Of a DNA stretch of 64,000 nucleotides, positions 12,056-24,951 are shown one piece after another (positions within the stretch are counted from its first letter, which is position 1; every line of letters starts with the position of its first letter). The notes below the pieces were generated by a model. That model was given only the letters and a program-made list of their open reading frames with translations. It was not told the DNA's origin and did not search any database. This DNA comes from Moniliella sp. 'wahieum' (Eukaryota). The DNA lies in assembly GCA_003971905.1 (NCBI GenBank), contig RSEE01000045.1, positions 372,001 to 436,000 on the forward strand. Reading direction: 5' to 3'. Made by a program: the position numbers and the translations under genes.

Positions 12056-12406
12056 GGCAGCCGAGGGAGCCGAGGGGGCCGAGGGAGCGCGGGCCGGTGG
12101 GGCCGACAGAAGGAGCGGTGGTGTGGTGGGCGCTGCGATCGGCGACGGCGGGCTGAGATCAGCGATCGGGGGCGCCCAGCCGAGTGCCAGGTGCCGCACG
12201 TGCGGTGAAATGTTCACCCGCCGCCCGCCACGCGCCCGCAGACGGGCAGTGCCACGTCCTGCCACGTCCCTGCGTCGGTGCAACCGTAGCATTTGCGCGC
12301 GGGCCACGTGATTCCATGCACCCGTTGTACCATTGTCGGTGCAACTGGCCGCCGCATTTTTCGTAGAGTGGGGGCCGCCGCTCCCCCACCGCTCTCCCCC
12401 ACCTCC

Positions 12407-13354
12407 ATGGCCGGCACCAAGCGCAGCGCCGACACCAGCGCGGCAGCGCCCGCCCGCCCAGCTCCACAAGGGCCAGGCCGCGGCACTGGATTCCGCATTG
12501 CCCCTGCGCCATGCCACGCGACGCGTACCAGGCGGAAGTACGTGCCTCCTAGTCCCATGTTCCTGCCTTGCGCCTGCGCCTGCCTCTGCCTCTGCTCACG
12601 TTGCCCTTCCGTTCCAGTACAACGCAAGAAGCCGAGCTGATCGAGAAGGCGAGAATCAAGAAGGCATATGCCAAGGGCGTGCCCAGCGTGCGCTGGACGC
12701 TCCTTCGCAGCTCCTCTGTCCCCCGGCCACCCACGAGGACGAAAGCGAGCTGGCCTCCTCGGGACCAGAGGACTGAATTCCGAGTCCGAGTCCGAGTCCG
12801 GCCGGTCCGAGTCCGGGTCCGAGTCCGGGTCCGAGTCCGGGTCCGAGTCCGGTCCGAGTCCCAGTCCCAGTCTGACGACGACGATGCATCGAGCAGCAGG
12901 AAGGTTGTCAACGACTCATGGCGCACACCCTGCCAGTCGAGGGAGGAGGCCGAGGAGGAGCAGGGCCGATTTGCTTCGCAGTCCAACCCCCTCGCCTCGC
13001 TGTTAGACCAAGCGGAGGAGGAGCTGACCAAGAAAGACAAGCGGGAAGGATGGCAGCGCCACCTGCAGAAGGGGAGGAAAACGTGCGTTTGCCCAGGCCA
13101 AGAAGGAAGCGCAGGCGCAAGCTGCCCGCCTGGCTGCCCTGGAGCGCCAGGAGAAGCGCGAGGCTCAAGCGGCTCGCAAAACTCCCGACGAGGCTCGTGC
13201 CGAAGCGCGGGGCCAACGTGTGCGCCATTCCAAGCTGTGGAACAAACCTGCTGGCTCGCACCAAGGAAGGGCGCGCAACCAGCCCAACCTTTCGGCGCGG
13301 GTGAATGTATACTTGGATCGGATCAAGAAGAACCAAGCTGGCGGGCGCCGATGA
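12407..13354 (+). CDS. FYV7: rRNA-processing protein Fyv7-like; intron 12538-12617, frameshifts
   Basis: GFRIAP...K|VQRKK(A)ELIEKARIKKAYAK and C-terminal GRARNQPNLSARVNVYLDRIKK resemble the Fyv7 family. GTACGT...CCAG intron. Confidence 0.65.
12779..12871 (+). repeat. (TCCGAG/TCCGGG)n hexamer repeat, likely encoding SE/SG in the FYV7-like gene
   Basis: About 14 tandem hexamers. Confidence 0.85.
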
Positions 13355-14087
13355 GGCGGCCCCTCGGCTCCTCTCGGCTCCCCTCGGCTCCCCATTTCTG
13401 TTCATCTCGTGCCATCCATCTTGTGCTACCCCTCCCACATCGAGTCTTCTCGCCGCCTCCTCTTCCAATTAGATCAAACGATTGTGCTTGCCTTGCCTTC
13501 CAACAGGTACTGTACAGGAGACGGATACCAGACCAGTCGACTGCAGGGAAATCCAGCCCACAACGGAGGGTACTGTGCATCGCACGGGGAGAAAGAGGAC
13601 GCGTAAGGTCTCCATCGCCAACGTGGGAAGCCAGGAGACATTCTCCTCAACAGGATCCAATCCGACAGAGAGAGAACACGTGAACAGACACGAGACAGGA
13701 CTGCCATCCAATCGAAACCAAGGGGGGCCAAAAGATAGTGGAGCGCCGGGAAAAGAGCAGTGTTGCCTGGGCAATCACACGTCACGGGCCGATCGTGCAA
13801 CCCAGAGTCGTCGTAGGGTACGCCCAAACAAAAACAGAGCAAAGCGAAATTCGCACAACTGTGTCGTCTCAACAGCCACAAAGGCGAGAAGCCGTACTAC
13901 ATGGAGAGGATATAATAGATGGAATGAGGGGGGGGGGGGGGGAGAAAAGAAGGAGCATGCGTAAGGAACGTAGGTTCACACTCGTACACGGGAATCGGCG
14001 CCATCGCCATTGCTCAGGGCACACGCTCAAATGGGGTCAGATGGGAGAACCAAGCGCATATTAGAAGGGGTAGCGTGGGAGGGGGCA

Positions 14088-17000
14088 CTACTCCATTGCC
14101 ATGGGAGGGGAGGGGAGGAGGGGACTGGAGGGGGCGTGGTGGCGCTTCCCAGTCACGGGGGAAGTGATCGAGGCAGGATCGGGCGAGGTAGGAGAGGGCG
14201 GAAAGCGTGCGTCGTCGTCCCAGGCAGAAATCTGGGGAACCAAGGGAGACGATGCCGGTTCCGAAGAGGCAGGCACCACGTCCAGCATCCGATGCCCCTC
14301 CTCTGATCCACCACCAAGTTCACGCCTGTGCCGTGGCCGGACGCGACGACGGGCCGAGCGTGCTGCGCCCTCCTCGTCGGCCGTGCCGGACTGGGACAAA
14401 CGCGAGGCGTCACCTTTTTGGAGCTCGGCAAGGAGCGTCTCGGCCAAGATGGATGTGGATTGACGGTTCGCAGCCTTGAGCGCCGACATGGCCGGCATCT
14501 CTGGCTCGTTGCCTTCAACAGGCGGGGCCGGCTCAGCAAGACCAGAAGTTGGCGCACCCATTGAATAGGACGGCAGCGTCGGCGGTACCGAAGGTGCGGC
14601 CGGATCCGAAACCATTGTCCCCGACACGTTGGATGCAAGTGACCGAGCCGAGGCGTGACGGCGAGCCTTGCGTCTATGCCGGCCGGAAGGTCCACCCGTC
14701 TGCCGCAAATGACCCAACAGCGACTCGAGCAATTGCCCATCCTCCGACGCAGCCGATTCCTTGCGCTGCAGAGCGAGTTGGCGTTCCTTCTCTCTCTCTT
14801 CTGCCAGCGCACGGCGCTTGTCCTCCAGCTCGCGCTGCTCGTTGATCAGAGCATTATCCTTCTGCGCCTTGCGGTACGAGGCGACAAATTCGCGGAAAAT
14901 GCCAAAAAGTCCTCGGTGCGAAGCAGTTGCTGGGCCGGAAGCCACGCCGACGCGGGTCCGGACCCTCCCCATAAAACCGCAACACATCCGCATAAATCCG
15001 TTCCGACTTTTGCACTTGGTCGCTCAGTCGGCTCAGCTCTTCAGACGCAGTCTGCAGGAAAGGCAGCATCAGGCGCGCATATGGATCGGCCACAGTTTCC
15101 TGATTCTCAAGATGCGGTCCAGCTCCCGCTTGTGTGGTAGCTGCCCGACTTGAGCTCGGCGAGCTCGCGCTTGAGATCCAGCAATTGCACTAAAACAGCC
15201 CGGTTGAGTCAGAGGAAAAGAAATACACGACAAAGGGGGAGAAAAAAGAAACCAAAAAACGTACCTCGGCACGCCGCCGCTGGCGCCTCGAGCTCGATGA
15301 GGAAACTCTCTGTCTCGGGGAAACACTGGTGCACGGAGCGCTCAACAAAGTGCAGCAAGGGTGCCATCAGCAGCTTTCGTCGACAAGCTTGTTGATGGAC
15401 GAGATCTTGAACCCAAACGCACCCCCTTGGATGCCGGTTTGCGTTGAGAAAGTTGCCCATGGTGAGAATGATGTGAAGCAGGCGGGAAAAGTGAGGCGCA
15501 TGCATCAACTGTTCGGCGCCGGTACGAATCTTGAGCTGGTAGACTCGATCAGGTCGTACGTTTCGCGATAGCGAGAGTAGTAGAGCAATCCCTGCACCTT
15601 TTCCTGAGGTGAGGCACGGTCATCAAAGAACCACCAATCGATCCGCAGGGTGCAGCAGCAGCAATTGCTCGTTCGACGCATTGCGGTACTCACCCAGCTG
15701 GCCTTTGGTCTCGCTCTCAGGATAGTGCCGCAGCAGTTCGGACAGAAAGCCTTGGTCCAAAATCGAGGGGCGACAATGGGTAATGTCGTCAGCCACTTCC
15801 TCGGGCGTAGCATGCTTGCTGTCCGTGATACGAGACTTGACCCGGCGCAAGATGAGCTCGATGCCTTGCCGTGTCTGGAGGGAGAGGTGACTGGTCAATT
15901 CCACCTTGGGCTTCTTGGCCGTGGCAAGAGCCTTCTTGGGCATCTGAGCGGCGGAAGTCCGATTCCATCACTTGGAACAGGCCCGACGATTTGAGAGCCT
16001 GGGCCAGCGCAAGCTCATCCACATCCATTCCCTCGCTCTGGCCCCAAATCGTCTCGGCAGCATGAGCGGGGGGCAGCTTGTCCCATTGCAGCTGCTTCAT
16101 CCGTGCGCTCGCCATCTCCAACACCTCTTTCCGCCTCAGCATCTCCCGCATCATCGCCGAGTCAGGCGGGGGGGGAGGTGCAGCGGGGCCAGCCATCCCA
16201 CGGGGGCCCATGTACGAGTTGCGCATGTTGAGCACCGAATCGCGCATCCCATTCGCGGCCGCGTGAGGCGACGCGGGCGAACGCGGCAGCGCCGAATTGG
16301 CCGATGGACGAAGACCAGCCATTCCGCCCATCCGGCCAGTGCAACGTTCAACGGGGGTGGCGGTGGAGGCGGCGGCGGAGGAGGAGGGGCATCATCCCCA
16401 GCAGCGGTCGTAGCCAGTGAAGAGGGGAGCGGCCCGGGCGGTGGTGGTGGTGGGGGAGGTGGGGGGGGAGGGGGAGAAGAAAGTGGCGATAATGATGGAA
16501 GTGGTGATGAGGATGGGATGGGGATGGGGATGGGGATGAGATGGAGATGGGGGCAGCAGGAAGCAGAACGAGACTCTGGCCTCAATGAGTGCAGGCTCCG
16601 ACTTGTGTGCAGAGGGTGGTTTAGATCCAGGGTTACGCACGCTTCCGGCCCAGGAGTAGGTGTCAGCGCGCGTGCGGAAGAAAGGGCGGGCTCGGGACGA
16701 GGGGTAACCGCGGGCTCGGATCCAGGCGTAAATGCAAGACCCGACTCCATCTCCGCTTGAGCTGGGTCTCAAGCTCAGGCGCATACCCAGGCTCACTTCC
16801 AGGTCTGGCAGCAGACTGAGACGCGTGCGCCGGAGCCCAGTCTGGAGCAGAAGAGCGCATGGCGGGAGGAACGGCAGAAGAGGCAGGAGAGGAGACGTCT
16901 CTGGCCCCTCGGTCCCGATGGCCAAGGTAGGTGTGAGAGTCGGCACGGCGCTGTGGATGCTGGCGCCGACGGACGGCGAGCGACGCTGGATTGGTCCCCG

Positions 17001-20000
17001 CTGGAGGTAGTTGTTCTCCCCGGGAGGGGCACGGGGAGGCTCGTAGGCGGTAGCTCTTCGCGCCGGGGAGGAGGGCGAGAGAGAGGACGACCGATGGGAC
17101 GCTGGCTCTCCAATCCGGCGCCTGCCCGGCGGGGCGAAGCAGCGAAAGCGATGCCGGAGCACGTGTCGGGGACAAGGAGTCTGCCACTGCGAGCTGAGAA
17201 GACGAATGGGGAGCCGCCTCGCAGGGACAAGAGAAGGCGCCAAAGTGGGAGACGATGTCGACCTCTGCGACGATTGGCGCGAGAGCGAAGGAATCTCGTT
17301 CCAGCTCAAGGAAGGGTTGGTGGCACTTGGTGTTACTCCCGTTCCCGCCCTGTCATATGCCGACGCCATTTCACGCTCCATGCGTTCGCCAGCAGGAATG
17401 GTCGGCGTAGCTGAGGCAGCTGATGCAGATGCGGGTGGTGATTCTGGCACGGGCATGGGCAAAGATGCTGGTGATGGTGCTGAACCTGGCGCTGGCCTTG
17501 GCGCTGAAGTAGGGGCGTGACCAAGTGGCCTGAAGTGGACCGGGACGTATCGATCTTGTGCTGTCAACGGGCACGGCCACCTGAACTGCGCCCTCAGCTT
17601 CGGACAAGGACGAGCGGTCGGGCGTGTGTTCTGCCTCGCGGTCTGGCAGACTGGGGTCGGAGTAGGACGCGACTGCGCCCGAGGGCGTACGGGAAGAAGG
17701 GTCTGCGGCAGCAAGAGAGGGGGCTTCAGACCGTTGGCGCGCTTTCAGCCTTGCTTCGCGTGCGCCCGCCATGCGCGAGCCCATGTCGGCGTTCGAGGCA
17801 GGCGACGAGCCAGGGCAGCCTCGATCTGGGTGCGGACCTGCGCGGCGGCAGCGCGTCCGAAGGCGAGTCGGGGGCCTGCGAAAACGTCAAGTGTCCCTCG
17901 GACGAGGGCGTGAGCAGCGCCGCTGCACCCAGCTCGGCCGCACCATCCTCGCTCGCCCCGTCCACCTCGTACCTCGTTTCTGGCTCGCTTCCTCCTCCAC
18001 CGTCGGCTGAAGACGCTCGGCCTGCCTTGCCTCCTCCAGGCCGGCGTGAGCCATAGGAAGCCCACCCGACGTGCGCACACTCTCCTCCCCATTGGCCCAG
18101 GGTGGGAGCCCGGTCCAGACGCCGAGCCAGCGACAGAGCTCGAGCCCACCACCGAGCCCGAACCCAACCCCGAACCTGATCCCGAACCCGATGCCGACCC
18201 TGGCCTGCGATGACCACGTTTGGACGTGAGGATCTTTTCCGTCCGAACACGCTCGACTTGCTTGCGCAGCGCATCCTCCATCTTGCGAATCAACACGGGC
18301 GTATCCTCCCGCCCATCGTCGGGGGTATGGTGGATGGGCCTGTTGGATCAACTGTTGAGCCTCCCACAGCTGCACCTCCAAGTGCGCGCACCGATCAATG
18401 AACGCTTCTTGCATCTGCGCCGCATCCAGCTCAAGTGCATCCTTGTTCTCCCTTGCCAGGACAGGTCGGCCTCGAGCTGCGCGACGCGCTTGCGCAGCTC
18501 AGCAAGTTCCGACGCCAGCTCCACCGTCTCTTGAGCCAGGGACCGATCCACCGTGGCCAACTCCGCGCGGTAGCGCGCGGAGTCGGACCGCGTTCGTCCA
18601 CGGCCTGGTCCTTCCCCGACGTGGGAGGCAGCACGGGCCACCGGATCGGCCTCCTGGTCCGCAGCTGCACAGGTGCGCGTTGGGACAGGCGCGCAAGGCG
18701 CTGCGAGGCCACCTTGAGCTGGACTTGGAGGTCCTTTTGGATGACTCGGCCTCGCTCAGTTGCGCTTGCAGCTCATTCCGTTCGGAGCGGAGGGTATCGA
18801 GCTGGCCTTGGTCTTCAATCTGCTGCACGAGCTTGTTGACGCTCAAGCCTACCGTCGAGGCGAAATCGTTCCCACGGAGGAACTCGCCCTTCTCATCCAT
18901 CGCAACCGCCGTGACGAGAGAATCGATGAGCTTGTACCGCGTGGCCAGGCCTCGGGGTCCTGTTGGATCAAGAGCAGATGCTGGAGGGCAGAGAGGAAAA
19001 AGTCGTAGGCGCGGGACCTTCGACCTTGCTCACGATTGCCTTGAACACGTCCACCGGGTCCGACAGGTCGCCACCCTGCAACAGCCCGCCCTCGCAGCTC
19101 TCGTTGAGCTCCTCCAGATCGGCCGCGCGCCAGCCTCAAACACCTCGATCTGCTGGTCCAGATCAGGGTACTTGAACGCGCGCAGCTTGATGAGAATCCG
19201 TTGCAGGCCCGACGCGTCCAGCTGGTTGCGCAAGTGCACGCGCACTTGGTAGTCGGGCGCAATAGCAGGATGCAGAATCGCATTGATGAGGAACATGGTG
19301 TTGACCGCGTACTCGTTGAGTGTTGTTTCGTGCGACGCAGCACCCAGTCGAGCAATTCGTGCGACGCGCCCACCAAGCTGCCCATCTTGCCCGCCCATCG
19401 ATCGTGCGCTCCAGCACGCTCATCCACGCATCGAACCGGCCATGCGTGCCCTCGCTCTGGCGAAGATCATCAAACCCGCGCAGCACAAGTTGCTGCCCTA
19501 AGGTTTTTCCCAATGGCACAAAAACAACAAAATGTCGGCCACCTGCCGACGCGTGGGAAGGTGGCCGACGTTGTGGAGGCCACAATGCTCGATACACACT
19601 TGGGTTGTCGAAGCGCATCGTTCGCGCCCGGACGCGAGTTGAACAGCGCACGGAACGCCTTGAGCACCCCAAACTCGAGCCGAATGTCAGCTTCCGTCTT
19701 GAGTTGCTTTTGGTGCAGCGTGGCCAGCAGCTGGCCCAGCGTCGCCGTGCCCTCGGCATGCACAAACTCGTCGATCCAGCCCATGGCGCACGTGCGCAAG
19801 GTCACAGCCAACGCTTCCAGGTCAGTCACGGTCACTTTGCCATCCTGGATGCGGCGGATGAACCGTTCGGGCGAGGAACGGGTACTTAAGCCGGTCCCTT
19901 GGCCTTGGTGGCCCTTGCTGGGGGTCGACGTGGTGGTAGCCGGAGCGGCGTGGCGGCGCGTGCGAGCCGCGTGCCACTCGGTGAGTCGGTCGTTGTACAC

Positions 20001-21277
20001 GAGCGACCACTTGTTGTCTGTGCTCATGGCCATCATGTTTTTGCTCGAAGACGCGCGCCGCCACCTTCCAGCAGATCCAGTTTCTCAACCAACTCCTCAA
20101 ACATGCGCTCTACCGTCGCCTCATCCGGACGTTCCATGTAAAACTCGGCTGGGCCAGAGCGAGTGACAGTTTCCTTCATCCCCGCTAGAGTGGGCAGAGC
20201 ACCCGACCCACTAGCAGCGCGCGGGGGAGGCGCATAGGGTCGATTTGGGTTGGAGGAGTTGGGCTCGATGGATCGGCCAGCGAGGAGCCAGACAAGGAAG
20301 GTCCGGGAAGGTGTGGTGCGCTTGGCCTTTGTCTTCACTGGTGGCAAGTCAGGTTCAGAAAGAGTGAGGTGCAGGGGTAGAGAGTGGACCGCGGGGAGAG
20401 AGATGCTGGCAGAGGCACCAACCGGAGAGGCACTGCTCGACAGGGGGGGGAAAGGACCCAGTCCCACTGGTGTCGCGGCAGAGGATGGGTGCCCAGTGCT
20501 GGCCAAAGGACTGGGCAAGGCCGGGTTGCTGCCGCTGACCGTCATCGGGTGAGGGGACGAAGAAAAGCCATTTCCGGCAGACACGCCAAGTGCGCCGCGG
20601 GAGGGTGGGAACAGAAGGGGAAGCCGACGAGCAGAAGAACGGCGGTTTGGCACACGTCAGGCCCTGGGGAACAACACTTGGCTTGTATCCCTCTGTGTGG
20701 ACGAGGCAGCGGTGTGGAAGGGTGGGGGGTGTTGGTGTGGTGGTGGTGGTGGCGGCGCTGAAGAGAGGAGACGAAGACTGCGACCCGAGCCGTTCGTGGG
20801 CGTCGCGGCCAAACCCAAAGGAAGACGCGGCGAGCGTTTGAGATGAGGATCCAGCCGAGGTGCGCGACGAGGGGTGAGCGGCATGGCGCGCGGCCCACTC
20901 GGCCTCGCCTGGCAGTGGTGTGGTGCCAGACGCAGAGGAGATGGGCTGAGAAGCAGGGGTGTCAGCAGGGTGGCCTACGCAGAGAGCGGAGGATGGGAGA
21001 GCGCAGGACGCACAGTAAGGTTGCCGTACAAGACGGAATCGCGCGAGAAGCCGGTATGGCCGGTCAGGGTGGGGGCGGAGATGTCGTGGACTGTGTCCCA
21101 AAGGCGCGTGGGCGGGGGCGGGAGAAGAGGGAGGTCGGGGGCGGGGCGGCGGGGGGGAGCGGGGCGGCGGCGGCGGGAGGGGGAGAGGGAGGGTGCGGGC
21201 AGCTCGGAGTCGGGCTGGTCGTTGGATGGGCTGGGCGCGGCGCCTCGTGGGCGGCGGCGGTCAAAGAGGGACTTCAT
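14088..21277 (-). CDS. BNI1: Diaphanous-related formin (GBD/FH3, FH1 poly-Pro, FH2); intron 15190-15264, many frameshifts
   Basis: GBD region VERMFEELVEKLDL...KWSLVYND...LAVTLRTCAMGWIDEFV; FH3 region QVRVHLRNQLDASGLQRI; poly-Pro at ~16350-16470; FH2 motifs MKQLQWDKLP...TIWG, LLHIILTMGNFLNA and VLRFYGE. The start codon is approximate. Confidence 0.92.
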
Positions 21278-22092
21278 GCGGCAGGCTGCGCAGGGGCGCC
21301 AACAATCGAAGCAGACATGAACCGGGCGGCGGCGAGAGAGAGCGTAAGCGAGGATGGGGGTGGGGGCGGGGGCGGAGGCGACGGCGACGATGAAGGCGAC
21401 GATGAAGGCGAGGGCGACGGGGCGAGGCGAGGGCGACGGGAACGACAGAGGCGGCGGAGCGGAGGCAGATGGCACGAGTGATGCTGCGAGCGGGCGGTGC
21501 GGCGGAGCTTCTGGCGGCGGCGAAAGCGGAGGCGGCGCTGCTCCCGTGGGCGGCTCGGGGGGCAGATGCGCCGAGCAGCGCAGCGCAGCACAGCGCCAGT
21601 GTGCGCGCATCCGCCTCCGCCGAACACACACTGCCCCCGTGCGGCGGGCCATGCATCGCAACGCCTCGGCTGGATGCGCATCACGTGTCACATGCATCCC
21701 ACTCAGATTCACTCTGGTATTCGCCGGCAGCTGGGGCGGTGCGAGGCGAATGTACAACGCGTAGTTGAGCTGAAATTGCAACCCCACTGAATCCTCCGGC
21801 GACGATCCCAGCACGCGCCCACGAGTAAAGGGGGAGTGGTGGAGGTGCGCGCTGTCCGCATCACCCGTCCCGCGCCGCCGCCAGGCCTGCGTCGGGGTGC
21901 CCTGGCTCTGCCTGGCATGCCACGCCCATCGCGTCTTCGCCCCTCCCGCCCCATCTCGGATCTCACATTCGATCTCACACCAACCAAACCCACCGCCTCC
22001 ACCGCCCCTGTCACACGCGCCTGCATCGCAAGCTTCAAGCTGCCCTCCGTCGTGCGCACGCACCCGTCCATAGATTGCCTTCTCAGACGCCG

Positions 22093-23210
22093 CTACAGGC
22101 TGTGGGCACGCAGGATGCAAGCCAGCCAGCCACGCCCGCCCACCGCACCAGCTCTGCGTCAGATCCGCGCCCGGCGCGCATCGGCCCCAGCGACGTGTCG
22201 CGCGCCCATGCCAGTCGCCGCAGCAAGGCGGTAGCCAGGCACCCGGTGGGCCGGGTCGCTAGCCGCCCGCTGCTACCGGCACCACCACCGCGTCCGTCGG
22301 TGCGCCGGCGCGGAGCAAAGAAGCTGCTTACTGACCCAACCGATCCCGGTTCGACCGGCGACGCAAGGTGGAGCTCAGCCAGGCCATAGGCCGTGGCCAG
22401 GCGCAGACGCAGTGCATACCAGTCCGTCTTGGTTTCAGCGTACCGTCAGTACTCCGTCTCAGTCCTTGGCTCGTGTCTCTTTCCCTCCCAGAACGGGCGC
22501 AGACTCACATAATACGACTCGTCCTTCCACCCCTTTCTCGCAGGCGCTCGTAGCGATCCGCCATGCCCGCCCCACCAGCGGGACTGGCGTCGGCATCGGT
22601 TGCCGCATCAGCGCGGCCCATGCAGCCCCCCCGGCACAACAGCTGGCACGCCGTCGACAGCGGCTGGTACACTCGGCCGCCATGCCTGTCTCGCACCCCC
22701 CCCCGCACAAATACGTCAGCAACTCCCCAAATGCAAAATCCCTATCCCAAATCCCTAATCCCCCTGGCCCTCATCGGAGGACACGTACGTCCACCAAGTG
22801 TTCCCTCACCGATCCTGCTTTCCGTAGCCGCTCCTCCAGCACGGCCACCACCGTGCCATACGGCGAGCGGGCAGTGGGGCGTCCGCCTGGTCGGCCATCA
22901 CGGTTTGCACCGCGCATTGGTTGGCCTCCCTGTCCCACGCAGCCGAAGCCTGTGGTATAGAGGGGTTGGTATCGCGCAGCGCGTCAGTCGGTGGTCTTCC
23001 AGCACGGTGGGCCAAGGCGTGGTCGACGAGCGCAGGTGGCAGCCTCCTCCTGGTCAAGGCAGCTGGGGCGGGGGCGGGAGAGGTGGCAGAGGTGGCGGGT
23101 GGCGGAGGCGGGGAGGTCAGGGCAGCCCGCACAGCCGCAAGACGGAATCCATGCTGGAAACATGGGGCAAGGATGTGCAAGAGGCGCGCGCGCAAGCTGG
23201 CGATGGACAT
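22093..23210 (-). CDS. COQ9: Ubiquinone biosynthesis protein Coq9 (divergent); introns ~22686-22788 and 22428-22508, frameshifts
   Basis: Rebuilt across frames: MSIASLRARLLHILAP..HGF; VVAVLEERLRKAGSVREHLVD; PVPLVGRAWRIATSAC; TDWYALRLRLATAYGLAELHL (cf. Coq9 DWYTKRAxLxxIYxxxELxM); C-terminal W..ILRAHSL*. Confidence 0.75.
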
Positions 23211-23974
23211 GGAGCCGGGAGGCGCAAGCGCAGCGCAACGTGCTTCGCTTTGGTCCCAGTGGTTGGCGGTGGCCAGCGCACCCACAGCGCCAAATCAACC
23301 GATTCTTCGGAAGATCGCCCACCAGGTTGCAATGTTGCAAACGAGCGTGCACCACCACGCACCACCGCGCACTCCCTTCGGGCATGAGCCTGTCACATGT
23401 CATGGCATGAAGCTTGAAGCTTGAAACTTGAAGCCAAGAAAGAACAACCATCACGCTAACCTTATTCTTTTCTGCCAGCCCCGGCCGAGGCTCAACGTTT
23501 CAACACGCTCAACGTAGCTGGCGCAAGCGTATCCCTGGATCCACCGACGCTCCAGAAACAAAACCAAGAGACGCCAGCGGCGGCATTGGTCCTCCAAGCT
23601 TCATTCTTCCCGTCTTTTGGATGCCTCGTCCCACATCCTACCTGGGCAATGCTTGATGCGCCGAGCCAAAGGACTTCTATATCAGCTCCAGCTCCAAGCT
23701 CCAAGGAGCAAGCGGACTTGCGCTGGCCCCCCCCCCGTCATTGCAATTTCAAATCCATTGCCAAAAGCAATCGAACCACCCGGCCGATCTGAGCAAGCGT
23801 TTGTAAGCGGGCGCCAGTGTGCCCCGTGGGGTGCGCTTCCGGTCCGCCCCACACGGGCGCCCTGCCGCCTCTCTGACGCGCCCGGCGATTTCCCCGGCTG
23901 GAGGCAGGCCGCCTTGCTCTTCTCCTCCACCGCCCTTGCCTCGCCTCGCCTCGCCTCGCCTTCGCCAAGGTCCC

Positions 23975-24603
23975 ATGTTGGTTGCTCGTGCCCCCTCTGT
24001 GCTCCGCGCGACGTGCGCCGTGCCCGCGCGCGCGCTTACCGCTGTTCCGCGCCGCGGCATGGTCTCTGCCGCCGAGCGCTGGAACGAGGACGACTGGCAC
24101 AATGCCCATGCGCTGGTCAAGACCAACTCGCTCAGCCTGGACAAGGCGCTGCCCGATCTCGAGGGCAAGTGGAAGAGCATGTCCAAGCCCGAGCAGATTG
24201 GCACCTGGGTCCTGCTCGAGGACATTATGAAGAAGGACTGGACCGAACTCTCGCTCGCGGAGAAGCGCGCTGCCTACTTCATTTCGTATGGTCCTATGGC
24301 CCGCGCAAGCTCGAGCCGCCCGGGACACAGACCAAGGTGCTCATCGGTACCATCCTCGCCTGCCTGGCTGGGTACGCGTTGACAGTGTCGATCCAGTCTG
24401 TGGGAGGTACGTACGTTTCCCCCTTGCGTCCAACAGGGCTGACCTGCGTCGACACCAGGTGCCAAGGACCGTCCCGAGAGTGGAAGCCCGAGTGGCAGGA
24501 GGCAATGAACGAGCGTGCGATCAAGGAGAAGAACGATCCAATCACCGGCCCCTCCTCCGAGGGCTACAAGGGAAAGGGCTTCGTTACCAGCTACCCCATT
24601 TAA
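23975..24603 (+). CDS. COX5: Cytochrome c oxidase subunit V (COX4 family); intron 24407-24458
   Basis: Presequence-like N-terminus, LPDLEGKWKSM...MKKDWTELSLAEKRAAYFISYGP, a TM segment, and EWQEAMNERAIKEKNDPITGPSSEGYKGKGFV. Confidence 0.95.
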
Positions 24604-24951
24604 GCTCGTTGCCCACCCGCCCTTGCCCTTGCCGCGGCCCGGCGACGGCAAGCGCACTGCCCGCTTGTTTGTGTATGGCGATGAGAGTACCCGAAATTTA
24701 CCTTGTACCTGTGCGGCGCGCCTCTGGTTCCAGGCGCGGCCCCTGGCGGCCTACCCCCCTCCCACTGACAGGAGCACGAATGAACCAACTGCATCCCAAA
24801 ATAGTGTCCCTAACCTGTCATCTACGGGAATCCTAGTATGCCTGACTTAGTCCCATGTCGATCCTTCAGCACGCCCACGGCGGACAGGTAAGATGTCCAA
24901 CCTACGTTTCCCTCGGCCACGACCGAGCCGGGCCAGCGGACCGTGGACTGG

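Noticed and set aside
15650..20166. Long plus-strand ORFs antisense to the formin (likewise opposite SSO1, MKT1 and others)
   Set aside because: These are expected shadows of GC-rich coding sequence, with no independent motifs.
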